Below are positions 55,150 through 64,000 of a DNA stretch of 64,000 bases, piece by piece. The stretch lies in NCBI GenBank assembly GCA_951406725.2, contig OX597836.1, positions 42,470,001 through 42,534,000 of the forward strand, read 5' to 3'. Both the position numbers and the translations under genes were made by a program. Below the pieces are notes generated by a model. It saw nothing but the letters and a program-made list of their open reading frames with translations. It made no database searches and was not told where the DNA came from. The stretch comes from Octopus vulgaris. Its lineage: Eukaryota. Each line of letters starts with the position of its first letter. Positions within the stretch are counted from its first letter, which is position 1.

Positions 55150-55490
55150 TGATAATAATGGGTGGTGGTCTGTCTGCAAGCAGAATTGTCTTTCAACGAT
55201 AAATTTATGGAATTTCATTACCACAAATATGATGGTTAATTCTTCCTTCTCTATTTCACTGTAAATTTTCTCAGCCAGAAATAAGGAATGCATGAGCTAC
55301 AGCTTTCATGCTAGCACCTTCATAATTGTGTAAATTCACAGCTCCAATACCATTTTCACTACTGTCTGATGCCACTACCGTTTGTAAATTCGGTTCAAAA
55401 TATGATAATAAGAATTCTGACATTAAGATGCTTTTAATTTCCTCAAAAGCTTTTTGGTACTTGTCCGACCAGTTCCACTTAAATAATTTT
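55150..55490 (-). mobile_element. Degenerate Gypsy-type RT connection/RNase H fragment
   Basis: WNWSDKYQKAFEEIKSIL...VVASDSSENGIGAV...YSEIEKEELTIIF..KFHKFI. Confidence 0.7.
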
Positions 55491-56074
55491 ATAAGACAAT
55501 ATTGAGTTCTCCTGTGTTAGCAGAGCTATTAAATCACATGTTAAAGTCATCTCTAAAGATTTCCTAAAGAAATTATAGCCAGCGCTCATTTGCTTCAGAT
55601 ACGAAACACCATAACAAACCACTGCTGGTTACAATTTCTCCTGGAAATCTAAAGAGATAACTTAAACAAGCTCTTACTTTTGTTTCCAGTCATACTAATC
55701 TTTTTTGGTTTCAGTTTCAAAGATGTAAAGAAAACTTCCAAGATATCCAGCACGACCATTACTCATTTTACTCTTGATCTAACAAAATCAGTTCCTTGAT
55801 TAATTAACAATCTATCTGGGACACGAGCAATTCAACAACAGAATCCTCTACGACTTCTTCGAACCCTCCATCATTTGCAAGTGTCCCATCACCTAAGTTT
55901 GATGTAGACTTTGTACAAGTGGAAAATTTATAAAATTTTATTTTTCTAAGCATCATACATAGTTGAGGGTTCCACTTTATCCCATGACACAACAATTATC
56001 TCTTCTGTTTATCTTCACCAGAATTCCAGCTTTTGAAAATTCAGAAAAACAAAAGAAATTTCTAAATTATCAGT

Positions 56075-56254
56075 ATGGCAACACCATATCGATTACCCCC
56101 CAATTACATGAGACAGCAAGGCAATTCTGGCAGACACTTTGTTGGACGACATGATGAGAGGGAAAAACTGAAGATCTTGATCAACGATGAAGATACACAA
56201 ATAATACAAGTTTATGGACTGCCTTATGTTGGCAAAACAAGTCTTGTGAAAACT
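56075..56254 (+). CDS. NB-ARC/STAND-TPR gene copy C, coding exon 1
   Basis: MATPYRLPPNYMRQQ...GLPYVGKTSLVKT|GTAAGA; in-frame TAA just upstream of the ATG; exon acceptor at 55714/55715. Confidence 0.85.
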
Positions 56255-57698
56255 GTAAGAAATTTACTATTGTTTTCTCTTTTCTTTTTACGTTAACCAT
56301 ATTGCATTTTGCCTTTCTGTAGGTTATTAGGGATCCTTGAGGTTTTACAGTTAAGTTACTGACTAAAGAGAAAGCATTTCTGGTTCAATCCCATACAATG
56401 GCAGTCACTGAAGTCTTTGTACCGTTTGGTGAGTTGATGGTTGACCTATGATCAAAGGTATTTCTCCTGTAACCATTCTGTCTATGGCAAAGATTATATT
56501 ATTTAATGTATCCTGTCCTATGTTATGAAGAAGGTGGACAGTTTGGGAGAGGTTTGACTGCTTTATATATTATGTATGTAAGTGAGTGGGTGGGTAGGTA
56601 GATAGGTAGGTAGGTAGGTAGGTAGGTAGACAGGCAGGTAGACAGGCAGGTAGGTAGGTAGGTAGGTAGGTAGGTAGGTAGGTAGGTAGGTAGGTAGGTA
56701 GGTAGGTAGGTAGGTAGGTAGGTAGGTAGGTAGGTAGGTAGGTAGGTAGGTAGGTAGGTAGGTAGGTAGGTAGGTAGGTAGGTAGGTAGGTAGGTAGGTA
56801 GGTAGGTAGGTAGGTAGGTAGGTAGGTAGGTAGGTAGGTAGGTAGGTAGGTAGGTAGGTAGGTAGGTAGGTAGGTAAGTAGGTAGGTAGGTAGGTAGGTA
56901 GGCAGGCAGGTAGATAGGCAGGTAGGTAGGCAGGCAGGTAGGTGTGTATATGTGTGTTTGTATTTATGTTTGTACGTATGCATCTGTGAGCGTGTGTATG
57001 TTTGCATCTCCTCGGCTTGACGTTGTAGATTTCTTGTAAATGAATGTCGTTAACTTCCAATATTCCATGGAAATTTCCTATAGAGAAATATTTCCTTGGA
57101 AACAAGTAAGTTTGGTTTCCGAAGGGGCATCTGGCTGTAGAGGGTCTGCCAGTTTGGCTGAAAACTGGTAAGCTGGGGAGCTGCACCAGGTTCCAATCTA
57201 ATTTGACAGGGTTTCTACAGATGGGTGCCCCTCCTAACACCAACCACTGCCAGAGTGTAAGGGGTGTTTTTTACGTGCCAGTTACGAAACCCCAGCATCA
57301 GCCATGACTACGATCTCACTTGACTTGAAAGATCTTCTCAAGCACAAGAATAATTAATTGATAGACAGAGAGTCAGAGAGGTAGACGAAATAAGAGATGG
57401 ATAGTAAAAGAGATGAAGCAACTGTGTAATTAATAGAAAAATAATTAAAGAGATTGAATGGCAAAGTGACAAACTGGTATCCAGAAAGGTACTTAGGCAA
57501 ACTGTAAGGTGAATATAAAGGAATATAAAGGATACCCTGAACTAATGCATAGACAAAAGAAATAGACAAAGAGACAGTTATTGAGAGAGAATTATAAAGT
57601 CAGACAGAGAAAGAGAAAAACTGAGAGACCAATAAATTGATAAGTGAATCTATGGAAACCTTTGAACTTGTTCTAATGTTATGTTTCTAATATGTCAG

Positions 57699-58724
57699 GT
57701 CTGTCAAGAATTGAAGGATGAAATCAACCCCGAAAGACTCCACATAAAACACATCCATATTTCTAATAATAGCAGTTGGTCTGATATTTCCAACATGTAC
57801 AATACATTCACCAATTGTTCCAGTATCACCGATACGAAATGGAAAATTTGTATTTTTGATGATTTCCAGAACATTCAAGAAAGCTTCCTTCCAGGTTTCA
57901 AGGACCTTTGTGACAATGACTTTCCACTGCACATAAATCTAAAAATCATTTTCATATTAAGTGGTGGAAAACCATTTCAGTTTGATGGAATCAGGTTTGG
58001 AGAGTGTAAAGTGAGTCCATTGTCCATTAAAGATGCCCAGCTTCTTTTCAGTCGCTGTTCAGACATTGAGACGGATGATGAGAACAAAGAACAAATACAC
58101 AACATCATCAGATATGCCTGTGGCCTGCCAGGACTTCTTATTTACTTTGCAGAAAAATTCTCCCAGTTTCATCATAATTTCTCTTTTAATGATATCTACA
58201 AAATGATTTGTGATGAAACCAAGCTCAATGACTGGCTGGACGAATGTACAATTAACAGACGTAATATTAAGCAAGAAATGGACAAGTACTTTTCTCAACT
58301 CTCTCTCGAACAGCAAGATGCTATCAAAGTGCTTTCATATTTTCCTGGAAGATTTGGTATTGAGGAAGCTGTTGAAATGACTGGTTCTTCTAGTCAACCA
58401 GCTTCCAAGATGCATGTTTTGATGCCACTTGTCGAACAAGGTTTGATCAGTTCAGATTTAGAATTACAGAATTTCCAAGTACAAGAATTAATACGTGCAA
58501 TTACTAAACAACAGATTGACAATGTACACAGCAATGATTTAGTAAAGCTCAAATATACAAACATTATTGGGAAAAGTCTGATGAAGGCTCAAGATATTTA
58601 TGATAAAGGCCTCATATATGAAGCACTCGGAATAATGAAGAACAACTGGGAAAATATTTCGTTTCTGATGAAGAAAGGGATTGAAGCACCCTCAGATGGT
58701 AGGACATATGGAGTTTACTATGAG
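57699..58724 (+). CDS. Copy C coding exon 2 (NB-ARC core)
   Basis: Same 1026-nt length and splice sites as copy B exon 2; 23 amino-acid differences by manual alignment. Confidence 0.9.
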
Positions 58725-59581
58725 GTAAGATATTTTGTCCTTAACAACGTGTCTTCTATCTTGTGTTGTAAGTCAGTCTTTCATATGTCACATTTTAGTT
58801 TAACCTGTGTTATATCTTCCGACATCTTTACCATTGGTTCTCAATTGAGGGCAATATGGCCCATGGGGGTCCATATGGCTCATGGAGGTCCATATAAGAG
58901 TTTGCATGCACATCCAAAACTTGCCATTCACCAGTTCCCCGTTCGCCTGTCATATGCAGTGACTATCAGTAAATCACAACTGAAGACTTTTAATAAAATG
59001 GGGCTATTTTTACCTGAACCTGTATTCAGCCATGGCCAGGTATATGCTGTCAGGTATAAGGTGGCGAGGTGGCAGAAACGTCAGCACGCCGGACGAAATG
59101 CTTAGCCACATTTCGTCTGCTGTTACGTTCTGGGTTCTAATTCCGCCGAGGTCGACTTTGCCTTTCGTCCTTTCGGGGTCGATAAATTAAGTACCAGTTA
59201 CGCACTGGGGTCGATGTAATCGACTTAATTCGTTTGTCTATGCTAGTTTGTCCTCTCTGTGTTTAGCCCCTTGTGGGTAGTAAGGAAATACGTATTTCAT
59301 CTGCCGCTACGTTGTGAGTTCAAATTCCGCCGAGGTCGACTTTGCTTTTCATCCTTTCGGGGTCGATAAATCAAGTACCAGTTACGCACTGGGGTCAATG
59401 TAATCGACTTAATCCGTTTGTATTTCCTTGTTTGTCCCCTATGTGTTTAGCCCCTTGTGGGTAGTAAAAGAAATAGGTCAGGTATATGCTGCATTCTCAA
59501 GGGCATGCAAATGATCTGATGTGAAACTTAAAGTTATCAACACTGACAAAGAAGGGAAAAGTAGAAGAAAGAATTATTATT

Positions 59582-59612
<31 letters not shown>

Positions 59613-59883
59613 TTATTAATATTATTATTATCATTATTATTATTATTATTTCCCTGCGGCAGTAAAGATTTGAAATCATTAATATTTTTCATAAAAACTT
59701 TGATTTCGAATTTTGGCACAAGGCCAGCAATTTGTGGGAAGAGGAAAATTGATTTGAACTCAGAACACGAAGACAGACAAAATGCCACCAAGCATTCTGT
59801 TTAGTGTGCTAATGGTTCTGCCAGCTCACCACATTATCCCTACAGACAAAATATTAACACATGATACTGTCTTTGTCTTTTAG

Positions 59884-60040
59884 ATAACATTAAAAGCCTC
59901 AAATATACTGATGCTATGTCACCCTAGAGATTCAAGACAGTTTTTCCAAGCATGTCTACAAAACTCCCTGTTATTTGGTAATGAAGAAGAGCAAGCTCTT
60001 ATGAATATAGCATATGGTGTATCATTGACAGATTTACCAG
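59884..60040 (+). CDS. Copy C coding exon 3
   Basis: 157-nt paralogue of 28215-28371 with the same splice sites. Confidence 0.85.
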
Positions 60041-60602
60041 GTATGATATGACGATGATGTGTAGATTTTGTCATCCCACTGATGTAGATAATATGCTTAA
60101 CAGGAATGTTGAGCATTTAGCACCATTTTTTGTATATTTTGCTAAATACTGAAGAGGTGTTTACGAGATTATATAATGTTTCTAAAAGCAATTACGTAAT
60201 ACTAGCAGTAATTTGCCAAAATACGTGTATGTTTTATAAAGCATGTTTTCTATACTTTATTAACATTCTATACATATATCCATATATGCATGCTCCCATC
60301 CCTATATATGTATGTACATAAACATTTGGAAGGCAGCTCCTTGAGCAACCTTCTTTGTCTGATAACCTTGAACACATGCCCAAAGAAGTCATAATTTTAA
60401 AACATACTTAGGTCAGACACAAATGTGAATCATATTAATTCTGCAGGAGCTGGTATGAATTTTTTCAGAGGGATCTGAGGGGGTGACCAGGGAAATTTTT
60501 CTGAAACTGGATGATTTGATATGGAATAACCCATATACATATATATGCATATATATATACATATGCTTGCATGCATGCATGCATGCATCCATCCATCCAT
60601 AC

Positions 60603-60642
<40 letters not shown>

Positions 60643-60667
60643 GTGTGTGTGTGTGTGTGTGTGTCTA

Positions 60668-60709
<42 letters not shown>

Positions 60710-61545
60710 CTAGCAGAATTGCCCGGCGATGCTCGGGGCTGAAAGTACTGTTAATGATTGCACTGAATTATGATGATTATTCAGGCAAATATCGATATAA
60801 GTTTACGGTGGGAGATAAGGACTTAACGATCAAACGTGTGCCATTGCATTGTTTTGGGGGAACCAAATTTCTATAGGGGCACCAACTTTAAGTTTGAGAA
60901 TGTGTGGTGGTAGTCCGGTGGGCTCAAAGGAATTGAGTACCTCTATTGGATAGTTGATGACGTCCTCTGGGTCAGGAGTTGTATCGATAGACTTATATAC
61001 ATAGACATCCCCAGGAATGAGTTTTAGCATTTCATCATTAATATGGTGAACAGTTTTATTCCTCGGGGCCAGAATAGCCCTTTGGCCAATCCAATCCATA
61101 TTCTGATAATTAGCTTGTAGATCTGGGAACACTGCATCTCTGAGATCAGAAGGCGTTTTAACAATGGTACAAATGGAATCGATGGCAATATTACCATTTT
61201 CATCCCCTGGTATTTTGCCTTCGACAAGTGCAAGGAGGGTGTGAGAAAATGCTGCTGATGTGATATTACGTTGCATATGAGCACGCATATTGGTGTGAAG
61301 TTTGAGAATCTTCACCAGTGGCCACAATGTGGATGACTTAAGACACGCACTTACTGCATCAGTTCTAGTCCCTTTGGGAATAACGGGAAGTGTTTGTCGG
61401 AAGTCCCCTGAAAGAAGAAGTGTTATGCCTCCCATGGGAGCTGAAGAGTGTTTGATGTCTCTGAGAGATCTATCTAGTGCCTCAAGAGCACCTCTGTTGG
61501 CCATCGTGCATTCATCCCAAACGATAAGCTTGCATCGTCCAATTT
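60710..61545 (-). mobile_element. Helitron 3' fragment (PIF1-like helicase) with intact 3' end
   Basis: IVWDE, GDFRQTLPV, AILAPRN and LPPHILKLKVGAP motifs; hairpin CCCGAGCATCGCCGGG followed by CTAG at 60710-60713. Confidence 0.9.
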
Positions 61546-62229
61546 TAAAACAATAACCAAAGCCCCTTCTCCGAAAGGGGGAGGGTTACGGTTTACAATT
61601 ATTTAACAAATGCAACACAACAACGTTTCCCTGACGAGGAACCAACAAACGTGATTACAATAGTCAAACAGTAATAATAATAACAACAAACCTTTTTAAT
61701 GTATCCCCATTTATGTGAAACCACTTATTCAAGTTCAAGCCATTGATGCAATTTTATACGAATTGCTAATACACACACACATAATAAGGGTGAAAAATTG
61801 AATATTAAGTTGATTATTATGAATCGAAATCCAGTGGTGTAGCATATAAGACCATAGCGGATCTTCTTCTAGCAAAAAGGATGACCAGTATTAATTACTC
61901 TTCCCTTTTATATAAATACTTTCACTTTAATTGTTGCACACTTGCAAAGAGAAAGGAGGAGAAAGTGTAGTGGTAATAGTAGGAGTGAAGCACTTGAAAT
62001 GAAAGAGGGAAATCGTAAAATATTGAGTGTTCTCGAATTTTTGCTTAATTGGGGGTGAAATTGAAAAAACTTTACATGCCATGACCCAATGGAATCTACT
62101 TGGAAAAATGATAGGTAAATTCCAATTGAAGAAATTCTATATTGTAGAATTGTATAAAAAACGAACGGTTTGGGAGGCAGAGAAAATCTGCCTTTTATCA
62201 TAAGAGATGCATTGAGTACTGTTCTCACT

Positions 62230-62620
62230 TATGGGCAGGTGCTCCTGCAGATTGTTTCACTCTGTTGGGCTGCATTCGATGCTGTATTCATATTCTATTG
62301 GTCCTGATCTATCTTCTAAATTGGATTCACTCTCTCATTGTCATCATGTGGGTCTTCCTTGTCCCTTTTCTATAAGTATTTTCATAGACATTGTTCAGCT
62401 GAGCTCTCCTCTCTGGTTCCTCCTCCAAGAACTTATCACCGATCAACTAGACTTGCATCCATCAGTATCCCGTGCAACCTCCTAAGCGCCGTAAAGCCCT
62501 TTACAGAACCAGTTTCTTCCCTCACACCTCTGAACTTTGGAATTCCCTTCCACAGTCTTCTTTTCCGCTTTAATATGTCCTTCAGTCTTTTAAGTCTAAT
62601 GTACATCTTCTCCTATTGAC
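62230..62620 (+). mobile_element. CR1/Jockey-like LINE 3' fragment
   Basis: SLSLFYKYFHRHCSAELSSLVPP...RSTR and FFP.T..LWNSLP-like remnants. Confidence 0.55.
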
Positions 62621-63738
62621 TTCTGTCTGGTGTCCATTTTATTCTAGTAACTCTTAGGTTTTCAGTGCTCTAAGGATCTTGTAATGAGTGAATGCTTTAA
62701 AAGAAGAAAATATATACATATATATTTGTATATATAAATGGATGAATGAATTATCCTTTGTTTACTGTTAACATGGACAATGTTGAGATACTTTCTCTTT
62801 CTTTCCTGATGAGAAGATTGCAATTGACACCGTTTATTCCTTTGGAATAAAACCAATGTTGTCTTCGAAACATATGTCGATAGTAAAAGAATTTGAATAG
62901 CATCTGCATTCAACTTCATTTATTTACTTGTATTTGTATATATGTATACATATACGATGGGCTTTTTCAGTTTCTTTCCACCAGATCCACTCATAAGGCT
63001 TTGGCCAGCCTAAGGTTATAGCAAAAGACACCTGTCCAAAGTGTAATGCAGTGGGGGAGAACTCAGAACCCTTTGGTTGAGCAGGAATGTTCTTACCACA
63101 CAACCATGTCGGAGCCTTTTAATGAATAATTGATGATAAACATCATTTGTCTGCTGTGTGAATTGAACACACCATGCTATATTGAAAAGGCAATGGAATA
63201 CAAATTAACACTTGAACCACATACCCACTATGTAATACATGTGAGTCTTTAAGTTTATTAATTACTGGTTGAGACGCCATATTTCGTTATGAAATCATAA
63301 TACGCTACTGGGTATATGAAAGGCTTATCAGTTGATACTGTGCTGTTGTACAATGCATATACACCCATTACTTATTTTTAATACTTATTGGACTGTTGTT
63401 GTTGTTGCTGCTGCTATTACTGTTCCTGACCTCCAGGTCAGTTTTGATTGAATGACCTCAGATCAAAGGTGTTCTATCTGATCATACCATTTTCTATGTA
63501 TATCTAGGACTACATCATCTAGTGTGCTATTCCTTTTTGTAAGATGACTCATTGTGATTTGAGTGAAATTTAGCTGTTATTTCTGACAATATTGAGTTAA
63601 TGTGTAGAGGTTACCATTGCCAGTGATGTTGTCTGCTGCTTTCTTATTATTTGTAGATGTTACTGTTGTTGTTGTTGTAGGTGTATCTATTACTTTGGGC
63701 ATCATTGTAACACAGAATATTTCTTGTGTTTTCCACAG

Positions 63739-63886
63739 GTTATGGAGGATACAAAGAAGCCATGGAGCACTACAAGAAGGCTTTGGATGTATTGAAATCG
63801 AGTAACATCCAGTACCGACAGATGCTGCTGTACAATAGCATGGCTGCCAACGCCTATATGCGGGGAAATCATGTGGAAGCCTTGAA
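63739..63886 (+). CDS. Copy C coding exon 4 (TPR); gene continues beyond the window
   Basis: 148-nt paralogue of 30315-30462 with the same splice sites. Confidence 0.85.
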
Positions 63887-63933
63887 GTATGTCGTACAAG
63901 TCAGATGAGAATCTCTCTCCCTCCCACTCTCTC

Positions 63934-63992
<59 letters not shown>

Positions 63993-64000
63993 CTCTATCT

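Noticed and set aside
58725-59105. C-terminal extension of the 474-aa ORF (and 25324-25515 in copy B)
   Set aside because: Read-through past the conserved GAG|GTAAGA donor; B and C diverge with indels here and the C extension runs into a SINE

Overview
Eukaryotic, AT-rich, microsatellite- and SINE-dense DNA; the repeat content suggests an octopus/coleoid cephalopod genome (inference). The window holds three recently duplicated copies of a spliced NLR-like gene encoding a STAND/NB-ARC-type P-loop NTPase followed by TPR repeats. Copy A is on the minus strand (first coding exon 612-791, rest off the left edge). Copy B is on the plus strand and complete (10 coding exons, 22942/22974-45645, about 850 aa). 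Copy C is on the plus strand (4 coding exons, 56075-63886, continuing off the right edge). A and B are head-to-head; B and C are tandem. Copy B ends in two tandem, intact, alternative terminal exons that differ at 23 amino-acid positions but only 2 purely synonymous codons (manual count), suggesting a diversifying, switchable C-terminal module. The receptors have no N-terminal effector domain and a non-canonical MHD motif. Several hammerhead-ribozyme motifs lie on the sense strand in and around copy B. The rest is transposon debris (Penelope, CRE-like, R4/Dong-like, RTE, CR1/Jockey-like, Gypsy, solo LTRs, mariner/Tc1, pogo-type MITE, Helitron, SINEs), minisatellites and microsatellites. Most ORFs in the supplied track are microsatellite artefacts. 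All exon structures and substitution counts were derived by eye.
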